From: Pseudomonadota bacterium
GTDB lineage: Bacteria > Bdellovibrionota_B > Oligoflexia > Oligoflexales > CAIYRB01
Length of the DNA stretch: 64,000 nt
Assembly: GCA_031416315.1 (NCBI GenBank)
Contig: JANOTL010000098.1
Location: 29,857 to 93,856 of the forward strand
Reading direction: 5' to 3'
The notes under the pieces are model-generated. The model had not been told where the DNA came from and did no database searches. It saw nothing but the letters and a program-made list of their open reading frames with translations. Position 1 is the first letter of the stretch. Every line of letters starts with the position of its first letter. Below, in pieces: positions 16,457-26,131 of this stretch. The translations under genes were made by a program, and so were the position numbers.

Positions 16457-18547
16457 ATGAAAATGTTCCTATCGAGAGGTTCTTCCAGGCGGCTTCCCCT
16501 GCTCATGCTCGCGGGGCTCGCCCTTTTTGCCTCGGGCTGCTCCGGCAGCGGCGAGGGCAACAGCACGGCGACGAGCCTCGCCGTGACGACCGCGCCTGCC
16601 AACGGTGCGCAGAATGTCGTGCTCAATCGGAAGGTCACCGCGAGCTTCTCGCAGGCGATGGACCCGACGACCCTTACCAATGTCTCGTTCACCTTGGCCG
16701 GCCCTGACCGCGCCAAGATTCCAGGGGCCGTGTCCTACCTCGCCGGCAGCAAGATCGCGACTTTCGCGCCGAACGGCAACCTCAACGTCGCGACGCGGTA
16801 CACCGCGACGATCACGACGATGGTGCTGGACGCGACCGGCCGCGGTTTTCCGGACGACATCGTCTGGACGTTCACGACGGGGACGAGCGTCGACGTGACC
16901 GCGCCTCAGATCGTGTCGACGAGTCCGACGGCGGGCGAAGGCGAGGTGCCGGTCAACCGTCGGATCGCCGCCGTCTTCGACGAGGCGATGGATCCCGCGA
17001 CGCTCGGCACGGCGACGTTCGCGGTGACCGGGCCAGGCGGCGTCGCGGTGACGGGGGTCGTGACGTATGCGGCCCTCGGCAATACCGCAACCTTCGCTCC
17101 CAGCAGTGATTTGACCGCCGGCGCCGTCTATGCCGCGACGATCTCGACCGGAGTCAAGGACATCGCGGGCAATGGCCTCGCGGTCGCGCGCGCTTGGACC
17201 TTCACGACCGGCGTGGCGAAGGACGAGACGGCGCCTACGCTACGCGTGACCGCGCCGATTCCCGCCGCGATCGACGTCGCGGTTAACAGCAGCGTCACCG
17301 CCTTCTTCAGCGAGACGATGGATCCCGCGACCGTCACTGCCACGACCTTCACCGTCGCCTCCGCAGCCGGCCTAGCGCTCGAGGGAACGGTCACTTGTCT
17401 CGGCGCGACGGCGACGTTCGATCCCACGAGCGATCTCGCGCCGAATACCGCGCTCGTAGCCAAGATCTCGACCGGCGCTAAAGATCTCGCTGGCAACGCC
17501 CTCGCCAGCGACTACGTCTGGACGTTCACGACCGCGGCGACGGCCGACGTCACGGCGCCGACGCTAAGCTCGACGATCCCGCGTGACGCCGCGATCGACG
17601 TCTCGAGAAACCGCGACATCGTCGCCACTTTCAGCGAGGCAATGGACCCGCTGACGATCACGGCCGCGACCTTCAAAGTGACCGGCCCCGATTTCCTTGC
17701 GATCTCCGGCGTGGTGATCAACTTCGGCAGTTCGTCGACCTTCCAACCTTCGGCCGATCTCGCCGCCAATACGCTCTATACGGTCAGCATCGCGAAGGAA
17801 GCGAAGGATATCGCCGGTAACGCCCTCGGCGCCGCCGCAATCTGGAGCTTCAAGACCGGCGCCGATACGGCCGCCGGCCCCGCGCCCGTCGTCCTCGGGA
17901 CGTCCGGCGACTTCGTGCTCCTCGCAAAGACGGCGATCTCGACCACCGGCGTGACGACCATCGTCGGCGACGTCGGCCTCAGCCCCTCCGCCCAGACCTT
18001 CCTGACCGGATTCTCGGAGGCGCTCGATGCGTCGACGACGTTCGCGACCGCCGGCATCGTAACGGGCAAGCTCTACGCCGCCGACATGACGCCGCCGACG
18101 CCGGCCAAGATGACCACGGCGATCAGCGACATGGAGACGGCTTATACCGACGCGGCCGGCCGCACGCTCCCCGACTTCACGGAGCTCGGCGCGGGCGACA
18201 TCAGCGGCATGACGCTCGTCCCAGGGCTCTACAAGTGGGGAACCGGCCTCTTGATGACCTCTGACGTGACGCTCGCCGGAGGCGCGAACGATGTCTGGAT
18301 TTTCCAGATCGCGGAGAACCTGACCGTTAGCAACGGCGTGATCGTGGGGCTTTCGGGCGCGCTGCCGAAAAACGTCTTCTGGCAAGTCGCCGGCCAGGTC
18401 GTGCTCGGCACGACGGCCGACTTCAAGGGCATCGTTCTCAGCCAGACGAAGATCGTGCTCCAAACCGGCGCGATCTTCTCCGGCCGAGCGCTGGCGCAAA
18501 CCGCCGTGACGCTCGACGCCAACGCGGTGACCGAGCCGGCGCGCTAG
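16457..18547 (+). CDS. Lipoprotein with four Ig-like (Big_5) repeats and a C-terminal ice-binding DUF3494 domain
   Basis: Lipobox ASGC; four TFS.AMDP.T...W.FTT repeats; FVLLAKTAIS, AYTDAAGR, PGLYKW, WIFQI, NVFWQV, GRALAQTAVTLD motifs. Confidence 0.92.
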   Translation: MKMFLSRGSSRRLPLLMLAGLALFASGCSGSGEGNSTATSLAVTTAPANGAQNVVLNRKVTASFSQAMDPTTLTNVSFTLAGPDRAKIPGAVSYLAGSKIATFAPNGNLNVATRYTATITTMVLDATGRGFPDDIVWTFTTGTSVDVTAPQIVSTSPTAGEGEVPVNRRIAAVFDEAMDPATLGTATFAVTGPGGVAVTGVVTYAALGNTATFAPSSDLTAGAVYAATISTGVKDIAGNGLAVARAWTFTTGVAKDETAPTLRVTAPIPAAIDVAVNSSVTAFFSETMDPATVTATTFTVASAAGLALEGTVTCLGATATFDPTSDLAPNTALVAKISTGAKDLAGNALASDYVWTFTTAATADVTAPTLSSTIPRDAAIDVSRNRDIVATFSEAMDPLTITAATFKVTGPDFLAISGVVINFGSSSTFQPSADLAANTLYTVSIAKEAKDIAGNALGAAAIWSFKTGADTAAGPAPVVLGTSGDFVLLAKTAISTTGVTTIVGDVGLSPSAQTFLTGFSEALDASTTFATAGIVTGKLYAADMTPPTPAKMTTAISDMETAYTDAAGRTLPDFTELGAGDISGMTLVPGLYKWGTGLLMTSDVTLAGGANDVWIFQIAENLTVSNGVIVGLSGALPKNVFWQVAGQVVLGTTADFKGIVLSQTKIVLQTGAIFSGRALAQTAVTLDANAVTEPAR

Positions 18548-18552
18548 ATGAC

Positions 18553-18726
18553 TTAGGCCGGGCGCGCTAAGCCCCGATCCGTAAAATGGATCTTGAAGTC
18601 GAGGGGGTTGAGGCTGGCCGCGACGACTTGGATCAAGACCTCGTTCGCGCCGACGGCAGGCTTGGCGACCTCGGCGATCGAGACGACCTCGTTCTTACCG
18701 TAGGCGCTCATGATGACGCCCTTCAT
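18553..18726 (-). pseudogene. Truncated MDR-family (zinc-binding/NADPH quinone reductase-like) oxidoreductase fragment
   Basis: MKGVIMSAYG...PAVGANEVLIQVVAASLNPLDFKI is the typical MDR N-terminus; ATGA-coupled to the SDR; stops after 57 aa. Confidence 0.75.
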
Positions 18727-19529
18727 GACGCCGCCGCCGCCGCGCCGTTCATGCGGATGGAGAGCTTGAGCGGCAGGCTGCGCGGGAGGAAGCGCAAGGC
18801 GAACGCGGTCATCCGGTTGGCGAGGCCGGTGACGAGCAGTGAGCCGCGATCCTTCTCCAGGGCCGCGATCGATTCGCCGACGACCTCATCCGCCGTCTGC
18901 GTGGCGGAAGGGATCTTGCCTTTGAAGCCGGAGACGTCGACGAACTCCGTCTCCGTCGCGCCGGGGCAAAGCGTCTGCACCGTCACGCCGTGCGGCGCGA
19001 GCTCCGCGCCGATGGCCTCAGAAAAGGCGATCACGAAGGCCTTGGTCGCCGCGTAGGTGGCGAAGAAAGGCAGGGGCGCGAAACCGCCGAGCGAGGCCGT
19101 GTGGATGATGGTGCCGCCGCGACGGGCGCGCATCGTGCCGCCGATCGCGTGCGTGAGCTCGGTCAGCGCGCGGCAGTTGAGGTCGATCATGCCCAGCTCG
19201 CGCGAGAGCTCGGCGTCGAGGACGGCGCCGTTGGAGCCGTAGCCGGCGTTGTTGACCAGAAGCTCGATCTCGACGCCGTCACGAGCGAGCCCGCGAGCCA
19301 GCGCGCTGGCGGCGCCAGGAACGCCGAGGTCGAGAGCTTCGACGCGCGAGGTCGTGCCGTGCGCCGTCTGCAACTCGCCGGCGAGCGCCTCGAGTCGGTC
19401 GGCGCGACGCGCCACGAGGACCAGAGAATAGCCGCCAGCGGCAAGGCGCTTGGCGTAGGCGAGGCCGATGCCCGAGCTTGCGCCCGTGACGAGTGCCCAG
19501 GGGGCGGAGGTTTTTTTTGCGGTCGACAT
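18723..19529 (-). CDS. Short-chain dehydrogenase/reductase
   Basis: TGASSGIG, NNAG, YAATK and LCPGAT motifs; likely start at MSTAKK. Confidence 0.93.
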   Translation of the reverse strand: MSTAKKTSAPWALVTGASSGIGLAYAKRLAAGGYSLVLVARRADRLEALAGELQTAHGTTSRVEALDLGVPGAASALARGLARDGVEIELLVNNAGYGSNGAVLDAELSRELGMIDLNCRALTELTHAIGGTMRARRGGTIIHTASLGGFAPLPFFATYAATKAFVIAFSEAIGAELAPHGVTVQTLCPGATETEFVDVSGFKGKIPSATQTADEVVGESIAALEKDRGSLLVTGLANRMTAFALRFLPRSLPLKLSIRMNGAAAAAS

Positions 19530-19585
19530 TTGGCTCAGACTCCGGTTTGATAAGTCCGTCATCGTTATAGATTGGAAAATCTGAA

Positions 19586-20164
19586 ATGTCGACAAAAATA
19601 TCAATTCTTGAGGCCTACCTCGTCGTCGCCCAGCGCGAGGGCGTCGAGAACATCACCCTGCAAAAGGTGGCGAAAGCGGCGAAAATGGCTTACGGGACCG
19701 TGCATTACCACTTCGGCGGCGAGAACGTGGACCTCCTCCCGTCGGCATTGAGCTACGTCGCGGAGGTGTGCGAGACCTTCGTCGAAGAGGCTTTGGCTCC
19801 GGCGATGGTCGAGCCGAAGAAGAACGCCCTCAAAGCTTACGTCGAGGCCAAGCTGGGCTGGCAGGCGAAGTACCCGACCCACGCCTCGATGCTTTGCTAC
19901 TTCATCTATCAAGCGTCGCGGGACGCGAAGTATCAGGCCGTCAGCGCCGAGATGCATGACTGCGGGCTGAGGAAGATCAAAGGGATCCTGCTCGCGGAGT
20001 TCGGCAAGGGACACTACCCGGCCGCCAAGGATTTGGAGGACCAAGCCGAGAGCGTCTTTCTGATCCTGGCCGGGGGGCAGCTCGGCGCCCTGGGACGGCC
20101 TCCGGCGAAGGCCCGGGAAGTCCTGGCGCGGACCTGGCGTCTGGTCGAGGAACGCCTGAAGTAG
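19586..20164 (+). CDS. TetR/AcrR family regulator
   Basis: ITLQKVAKAAKMAYGTVHYHF helix-turn-helix; divergent from the SDR. Confidence 0.9.
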   Translation: MSTKISILEAYLVVAQREGVENITLQKVAKAAKMAYGTVHYHFGGENVDLLPSALSYVAEVCETFVEEALAPAMVEPKKNALKAYVEAKLGWQAKYPTHASMLCYFIYQASRDAKYQAVSAEMHDCGLRKIKGILLAEFGKGHYPAAKDLEDQAESVFLILAGGQLGALGRPPAKAREVLARTWRLVEERLK

Positions 20165-20249
20165 CTCGCTCTTCTTCCCATCCGCCCTCGCCTCCCCAAA
20201 CGCGGGAATCGTGAGATCATGGAGCATCCGCTGACCGCAAGGAGGCTCC

Positions 20250-23009
20250 GTGACGATTGCTGCGCGTGGGACCGGAGAGACCGGCGATTTCGAGCAGAGC
20301 CCCGACACCAACCGGCTTCTGCAAACGGTCGAGTCGACGAGCGACGAGGCGCTGCGCCACGAGGCGATCGCCGGCTTGGCGCAGACGAAGGATCCCGCGG
20401 CCGGACGTGTTTTGATCGAGATCTTCGGCCGCAGCATGTGGCGGGAGACGAAGCTCGCGGTTCTGCGGGCGCTCGGCATCATGGGACTCCCCCGCACGAC
20501 GGCGTTCCTGGTGCGGCAAGCGGGCGACCGTAGCGATCTGGCGATGGCCGGCGAGGCCATTCTCGCGCTCGGCGCGACGGCGGACCCGCTCGCCGGCGAG
20601 TTTTTGCTGAGCATTCTTGGCGAGCGCGATCATCCTTTGCACCGCGAGGCGATCATCGGCTTGAGCCAACTCGCGACCTTTCCCTGTGACCTCGAGCTCG
20701 ACGCGATGTTCGATCGGACGGAGGCGGAGGTTTCGCCGGCTCTGCGTCAGTATCTGATCTTAGCCATCGGCCGCCGCGGCCCGGTGGGCGCCTGGGAGCG
20801 CGTGCGGCGCCATTTCGGCTCCGGCGAGAGCACGGTCATCTTCAACGCCGCCTTGATCGCCGCGGGCATGGTGGGCGGCAAAGCCGCGCACGAGACGCTG
20901 ACGGGACTCGACACGCGCTACCGCTTTTTCGCCGACCATCTGAAGCAGTTGGCGCTCGAGCGCATCGCCCTTCAGGCGCGCCGCGCCGTGGAGGACGGCG
21001 TCGCCGCCGCGCTCGATGCGACCGATGCGCCGGGACTTTTGCAAGCTCTGTCGCTTCTGCGGCAGTTTCCGGTCGACAAGGCCTGGGAGGCGTTTCGCAT
21101 CTTGGAGGCCGGGGTCTCGCGGGTGACGGAGGTCGCGGTCCGGGCCACGCTCTTCCTGCCTTCGCGGCTAGAGGCGGATCTCGACTTTCTCGCCGCGCAT
21201 TGGGACGAGGTTTCGACGTCGGCCACGAGCTGGGTCGCAGCGCTCGTCCGCCAACATCTTCGCCACGGCGCCGAGCTCCAGCCCGTGGCGACCTTGGCGG
21301 CCCGACTCCCCGTCGTCGCCGTCGCCGCCCTGCTGACGAGCGTTCGCCACGAGGGCGCATTCGCCTGGCTCGCCACGCAGATCGCCGACGCGGATCTGCC
21401 GAACGAGACCCGGGTCGTCGCGGTCAACGCGGTCGTCGCGCAGGCGAAGATGAGCTTGCCGGGCTCCCGTGAGGCGCTGGAAGCGGCAACGCTCCTTCTC
21501 GAGCTGCTCAAGAGCTGTGCCTCGCCCGAGCTCAAGGCGCGGATCCTGCGCGCGCTCGGAGAGGTGCGGCACGAAAGCGGCTCGTTCTTGATCTCGCTTG
21601 CCGCGATGCTGAAGGACGAGGACAGCGACAACGCCTCGATCTACGCGACCCTGGCCGAGGTCGCAAGCGCGGATGCGGCGCGCGTCATCCTGAAGCGCTT
21701 GAGCAAGGTCATGAGCCGTGCTTCCGCCGTGCCCGAGATCCGGCGGGCGTTCGCGGCGCTGGCGCGGATCGGCAAACTGCCCGAGGGCGAGCTCGTGCCG
21801 CTGGCGCCGGAGCCTTTGTGGCCCGAGTTGACCGCGTCGATCCTCGCGCTCTTGGCGCTCCAAGGGCAGGACGGCTACCGCCCGCTGATCACCGCGGGAC
21901 TCGGCGCCGTCGACTTCCAGCTGCGGCTCATGGCGATCGCAGCGGCCAAGCACACGAGCTCGCCGGAGATCCTCGCCTCGCTCCTCGCGACGCTCGACGA
22001 CCCGAGCCCGAGCCTCTCCGGTCGCGCCGTGGACAGCCTCTGCGCGTCGGGCGACCTGCCCGCTTTCCGCCGCCTCCTAGCTTGGACTCGCGAGCCTGGG
22101 CGTGACACGCGTTCCGTGCTCAAGGTGCTGCGGTCGCTGCGCCCGGGCGAGGCCGACTGCGGGCCGCTCATCGCCGACCTCGACGCGATGCTCCAGGAGA
22201 ACGCGCCTTTCTTGCGGGATCAGGAGGCACGTACGGCCGCGGTCAATTTGCGCGACAACCTGCAGCTCATGCGCGGTCGTCGCCTCGGGCGCGGCGCGGC
22301 CGTCGTCCCGAGCCCCGCAGACACCGGCGAGCACTCGCTCGATGCCCAGCTGGCGCAGCTCATCGTTGGCTACCCGCGCTTCAGCGAGACGGTCAAGACG
22401 GTCCTGCGCAACGCCGAGGTGACCTTCAAGCACGCCGATCTTTTCGACGACCGCGTCGACAAGTCGACGATGGTCGTCGAGTACGTGAAGTCGATCGACA
22501 TCCTGCTTCAGGAGCGCATCGGCGCGGCGATCTTCCTCGACCCGCATTCCCAGCTGTTGCGCCTCATGCAGTCGCGCATCGTCCAGTTGTCCCTCGACGA
22601 CGAGACCTTGCCGGTGCCGCAGCTGATCAAGGATCTTCAGTGCGGGATGCATTTTACCGTCGAGAACTTCCCGGCGCACAAGCTCGCGCTCGTCTCCAAG
22701 TCCATCACCTCCGGAAGGTTCCAGCGCGACCAATACGCGACGATCGACGGCCTGCGCGCCTGGGCCTTGCTCCTCCTGATCTTTGGCCGGCAGTTCCGTT
22801 TCCGGCAAAAGCCGATCGAGCCGCTGTTTACGCTCGCCGACGCCAGCAATCAGCTCGTCTCCGAGCTCGCCGTCGAGATGAACAGCCTCCAGGAGCTGCG
22901 GAACCACGCGGCGCATCGGGCTACGCTCCTTCGCAGCGCCAAGCTCGTCGAGCTCCGCGAGATCAGCTTCAAGGTGTTAAACGGATTGACCCGAGCTCTC
23001 GGCAACTGA
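20250..23009 (+). CDS. HEAT-repeat protein with C-terminal HEPN-like domain
   Basis: SD AAGGAGG; repeated A..ALG helical motifs; C-terminal LQELRNHAAH. Confidence 0.75.
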   Translation: MTIAARGTGETGDFEQSPDTNRLLQTVESTSDEALRHEAIAGLAQTKDPAAGRVLIEIFGRSMWRETKLAVLRALGIMGLPRTTAFLVRQAGDRSDLAMAGEAILALGATADPLAGEFLLSILGERDHPLHREAIIGLSQLATFPCDLELDAMFDRTEAEVSPALRQYLILAIGRRGPVGAWERVRRHFGSGESTVIFNAALIAAGMVGGKAAHETLTGLDTRYRFFADHLKQLALERIALQARRAVEDGVAAALDATDAPGLLQALSLLRQFPVDKAWEAFRILEAGVSRVTEVAVRATLFLPSRLEADLDFLAAHWDEVSTSATSWVAALVRQHLRHGAELQPVATLAARLPVVAVAALLTSVRHEGAFAWLATQIADADLPNETRVVAVNAVVAQAKMSLPGSREALEAATLLLELLKSCASPELKARILRALGEVRHESGSFLISLAAMLKDEDSDNASIYATLAEVASADAARVILKRLSKVMSRASAVPEIRRAFAALARIGKLPEGELVPLAPEPLWPELTASILALLALQGQDGYRPLITAGLGAVDFQLRLMAIAAAKHTSSPEILASLLATLDDPSPSLSGRAVDSLCASGDLPAFRRLLAWTREPGRDTRSVLKVLRSLRPGEADCGPLIADLDAMLQENAPFLRDQEARTAAVNLRDNLQLMRGRRLGRGAAVVPSPADTGEHSLDAQLAQLIVGYPRFSETVKTVLRNAEVTFKHADLFDDRVDKSTMVVEYVKSIDILLQERIGAAIFLDPHSQLLRLMQSRIVQLSLDDETLPVPQLIKDLQCGMHFTVENFPAHKLALVSKSITSGRFQRDQYATIDGLRAWALLLLIFGRQFRFRQKPIEPLFTLADASNQLVSELAVEMNSLQELRNHAAHRATLLRSAKLVELREISFKVLNGLTRALGN

Positions 23010-23074
23010 GTCGTGGCGAGCCGGCGATACTATGCTTAAGAACAAGCAAGATCAGATAGTTGAGAAATTTTTTC

Positions 23075-23101
23075 TCAGGCTCCTGAGGAAAGCTCCGAGA
23101 G
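23075..23101 (+). promoter_or_regulatory. Weak sigma28-like promoter upstream of the 23126 lipoprotein
   Basis: TCAG-N15-TCCGAGAG. Confidence 0.35.
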
Positions 23102-23125
23102 GATCTCACCTTAGGAGGTTCCCCC

Positions 23126-24220
23126 ATGCGCATCCGTCTCATGCACCTTGCCATCGCTGCTTCTCTCCTCGTCCCGCTCGGCGTTTCCTGCGGCAAGCAG
23201 GAGAAGGAAGAGTCGGCGCCGAAGGACAAGGGCTGCGGCTCTTCGACCGATAAAGAGACCGCTAAAGACAAAGCCAAAGACAAAGCCAAAGCCAAGGAAG
23301 AAGCCGAGCTGACGGATCAGGACGAGTCTGAGGACGGCGACGGCGCCGGCCTCGCATCCGGCTCGACCTCCGGTAGCGGCTCGGCCTCCGGCAGCGGCTC
23401 GGCCAGCGGCAGCTCTTCGGGCTCCGGCTCCAAAGCTTCTGGCTCCGGCAGTCCGGATTGCGGCTCTGGCTCGACGGGCTCGACCGCGGCGACTGGCAAG
23501 ACGGGATCGACCGGCACGACGGGCGCAACGGCCAAGACTGGCGCGACGAGCACGACCGGCGCGACCAGCACCACCGGCGCGACCAGCACGACCGGCGCGA
23601 CCAGCACGACTGGCGCGACGAGCACGACCGGCGCGAGCGCGGCCGACGAAGGCGAAATCCTCGGCACGATCTCCGATGAAGTAGAGCCTGCATTCCCCGC
23701 GAAATCGGTCTACGGCCTCTTCAACGACCAGGCCGGGACGAAGTCGGTGAGCTTCACGATTTATTCGGAAGAGGCGCGCGACTCGATGTTTAAGAAGGTC
23801 AAGGAATACACCTGCGAGAAGTGTGTCGGCACCGACGACGACAACTGCAAGGATCCGGAGACGACAGCGACGAAAGCGGTATCCGTTTCGTTCTTCAACA
23901 TCCCGAGCACCGCCGAGCCCCTGAACGCGGAAGGCTTCCCGAAAGCGGCCGAGTACAACAAGCCGAGCGCGACGGACTTCGCGAGCGGCATGGCGGTGGC
24001 CTTCGTCGACGGCACGGCGGCGAAGCAAGGAACCGGCAAGTTCAAGTTCATCACCAAGCCGACGAAGGTCGACGACCCGTTCGATGCGGAAGTGGACTTC
24101 GTGTTCGAAGGCGGCAAGAAGTACAAGGCCAAGATCAAGGGCAAAGTCTATAAGCTGCCGACCAACCCGACGCCGCCGACCTGCAAAGACGACGAGTACC
24201 TCGACGTCGAATACGAATGA
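23126..24220 (+). CDS. Hypothetical lipoprotein with Gly/Ser/Thr low-complexity linker
   Basis: SD AGGAGG; lipobox GVSC; SGSGS and TTGATS repeats; Cys-containing C-terminal domain. Confidence 0.85.
   Translation: MRIRLMHLAIAASLLVPLGVSCGKQEKEESAPKDKGCGSSTDKETAKDKAKDKAKAKEEAELTDQDESEDGDGAGLASGSTSGSGSASGSGSASGSSSGSGSKASGSGSPDCGSGSTGSTAATGKTGSTGTTGATAKTGATSTTGATSTTGATSTTGATSTTGATSTTGASAADEGEILGTISDEVEPAFPAKSVYGLFNDQAGTKSVSFTIYSEEARDSMFKKVKEYTCEKCVGTDDDNCKDPETTATKAVSVSFFNIPSTAEPLNAEGFPKAAEYNKPSATDFASGMAVAFVDGTAAKQGTGKFKFITKPTKVDDPFDAEVDFVFEGGKKYKAKIKGKVYKLPTNPTPPTCKDDEYLDVEYE
23510..23640 (+). repeat. Coding 18-bp tandem repeat (TTGATS, about 5-6 units)
   Basis: ACGACCGGCGCGACCAGC-like units. 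Confidence 0.85.
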
Positions 24221-24249
24221 CGGCCGCGCCTTCGGGCGCACGCCGTAGA

Positions 24250-24285
24250 AAAGCCCTCACCATCGCATGATGGTGAGGGCTTTCT
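24250..24285. terminator. Bidirectional terminator between the lipoprotein and etfA
   Basis: AAAGCCCTCACCATC-GCAT-GATGGTGAGGGCTTT. Confidence 0.85.
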
Positions 24286-24304
24286 TCGTCCCGGTCCCGA
24301 AGGA

Positions 24305-25276
24305 TCAGGTCAAGAGCTGCTTCATCTTCGCGGTCAACAACGGCACCACCTTGAACAGGTCGCCGACGATGCCGTAGCTCGCGACCTTGAAGATCGGCGC
24401 CTCGGGGTCGGTGTTGATCGCCACGATCACCTTCGAGGTGCGCATGCCGGCCATGTGCTGGATCGAGCCGCTGACGCCGGCCGCAATGTAGAGAGTCGGG
24501 TTGACCGTCTTGCCGGTCTGACCGACCTGCATGTCGTGGGTGGCGTAGCCGGAGTCGACCGCGGCGCGCGAGGCGCCGACGGTGGCGCCGATGACGTCGG
24601 CGAGCTCGTTCAGGATCTTGAAGTTGTCGGCGCTGGCGAGCGAGCGGCCGCCGGAGACGATGCGCGTGGCCTCGGTGAGGTCGGCCTTCGTGCTCGCGCC
24701 CTTGCGGACCTCGATCGTCTTGATGCGCGAGTCGGCAGGAGCCGAGGCGGAGAGCTTCGCCACCGCGGCGTTGCCCGCGCCGGTCTGCGTCGCGGGGAAG
24801 ACGTTCGGGCGGATGGTCGCGAACTTGACGTTGCCGCTGGCGATCTCGATCTTCGCGAGCGCTTTGCCCGAGTACATCGGCTTCACGCCCGAGAGCTTTT
24901 CGCCGGAGAGCTCGCACGAGGTGAGGTCGGTGGCGATGCCTGCGTCCATCCGCGCGGCGAGGCGCGGGAAGACGTCGCGGCCCATCGGCGAGGCGACGCC
25001 GAGCACGATTTTCGCGCCGTGCGCCTTGATCGCGGCTTCGACCGCGTTGGCGTAGGCGAGGGGGTTGTACTTCTCGAACGCGGCGTCGTCGACGACGTGG
25101 ACCGTGTCGGCCCCGTAGCCTTTGACTTGCGCGGCGAGCCCTTCGACGCCCTTGCCGACCAAAACCGCGGCGCAGTCCGCGGCGGAGCCGGCGAGCTTGG
25201 CGCCGAGGCTCAAGGCCTCGAGGGAGGAAGACTTGAGCTTGCCGTCGCGCTGCTCCAGGAAAACGAGAACTTTCAT
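24305..25276 (-). CDS. etfA: Electron transfer flavoprotein alpha subunit
   Basis: IVSGGR, VGASRAAVD, QVGQTGK, GVSGSIQH.AGM and AINTDPEAPIF motifs. Confidence 0.97.
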   Translation of the reverse strand: MKVLVFLEQRDGKLKSSSLEALSLGAKLAGSAADCAAVLVGKGVEGLAAQVKGYGADTVHVVDDAAFEKYNPLAYANAVEAAIKAHGAKIVLGVASPMGRDVFPRLAARMDAGIATDLTSCELSGEKLSGVKPMYSGKALAKIEIASGNVKFATIRPNVFPATQTGAGNAAVAKLSASAPADSRIKTIEVRKGASTKADLTEATRIVSGGRSLASADNFKILNELADVIGATVGASRAAVDSGYATHDMQVGQTGKTVNPTLYIAAGVSGSIQHMAGMRTSKVIVAINTDPEAPIFKVASYGIVGDLFKVVPLLTAKMKQLLT

Positions 25277-25277
25277 C

Positions 25278-26069
25278 TCAGATCACCTTTGCTTCTTCGC
25301 GGAGGAGCTTCACCACTTTGTCGACCATGACCTCGACGTCCTCACCTTTGAACACCTTGCCCGCCGGTTTCTCCGGCGGGTTGGTGAAGCCGGTGACGAC
25401 TGTGCGCACGCCGGCCTTCAAAGCGGCGGCGTCGACGCCGAGGTCGCCCGGCTTCTTCAGGTCGAAGGGTTTCTTCTTCGCCTGCATGATGCCGGGGAGG
25501 GAGGCATAGCGCGGCTTGTTCAGGGCCTTGTCGGCGCCGATCACGCAGGGGAGACCGATTTCGTAGACCTCGACCATACCGCCTTCGACGGAGCGCTCGG
25601 CTTTCGCCGTCTTGCCCGTGACCTCGAGCTTGGAGACGACGTTGACGTGCGGCCAGCCGAGGAGCTCGGCGACCATCGTGCCGACGTGCATGTTGTCGTC
25701 GTCGATCGCGTGGCGACCGCAGAAGACCAGGTCCGGGCTCTCGCTCGCGACGGCTTTCGCGAGCACTTTCGCGACGGTGAGCGAGTCGGCGGTCTCGAGG
25801 CCTTCGTTGCTGACGAGGAGGCCGCGAGTGCCGCCGACGGCGAGCGCCTTTACGATCAGCTCCTTGGCCGAGTCGGAGCCGAAGCAGGCGACGATGACGT
25901 CGCCGGCGCCGGCCTTCTCTTTGATCTTCACCGCCTCTTCGATGGCGTACTCATCGTAAGGATTGATGATCCATTTGACGTCGCCCGTCTCGATCTTCGA
26001 GCCGTCGGCGCTGATCCGGATCTTCGACTCGGTGTCGGGAGTCGGTTTCACAAGAACGAGGACCTTCAA
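25278..26069 (-). CDS. etfB: Electron transfer flavoprotein beta subunit
   Basis: VK.TPDTE, INPYDEYAIEEA, G.HAIDDD and PRYASLPGIM.AKKK motifs; TTG start. Confidence 0.96.
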   Translation of the reverse strand: MKVLVLVKPTPDTESKIRISADGSKIETGDVKWIINPYDEYAIEEAVKIKEKAGAGDVIVACFGSDSAKELIVKALAVGGTRGLLVSNEGLETADSLTVAKVLAKAVASESPDLVFCGRHAIDDDNMHVGTMVAELLGWPHVNVVSKLEVTGKTAKAERSVEGGMVEVYEIGLPCVIGADKALNKPRYASLPGIMQAKKKPFDLKKPGDLGVDAAALKAGVRTVVTGFTNPPEKPAGKVFKGEDVEVMVDKVVKLLREEAKVI

Positions 26070-26131
26070 GAGTCTGACCTCCTGGGAGTGGGAGAAAACT
26101 GAGGAAGCCGAAAGCTATCAGCTCCGGGTAC

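Noticed and set aside
14263..20164. tRNA-Leu-anchored genomic island
   Set aside because: No integrase and no duplicated tRNA 3' end found; the next gene is an ordinary ABC exporter
23350..23640. Tandem repeats as a possible CRISPR array
   Set aside because: In-frame coding repeats without unique spacers; no cas genes in the window
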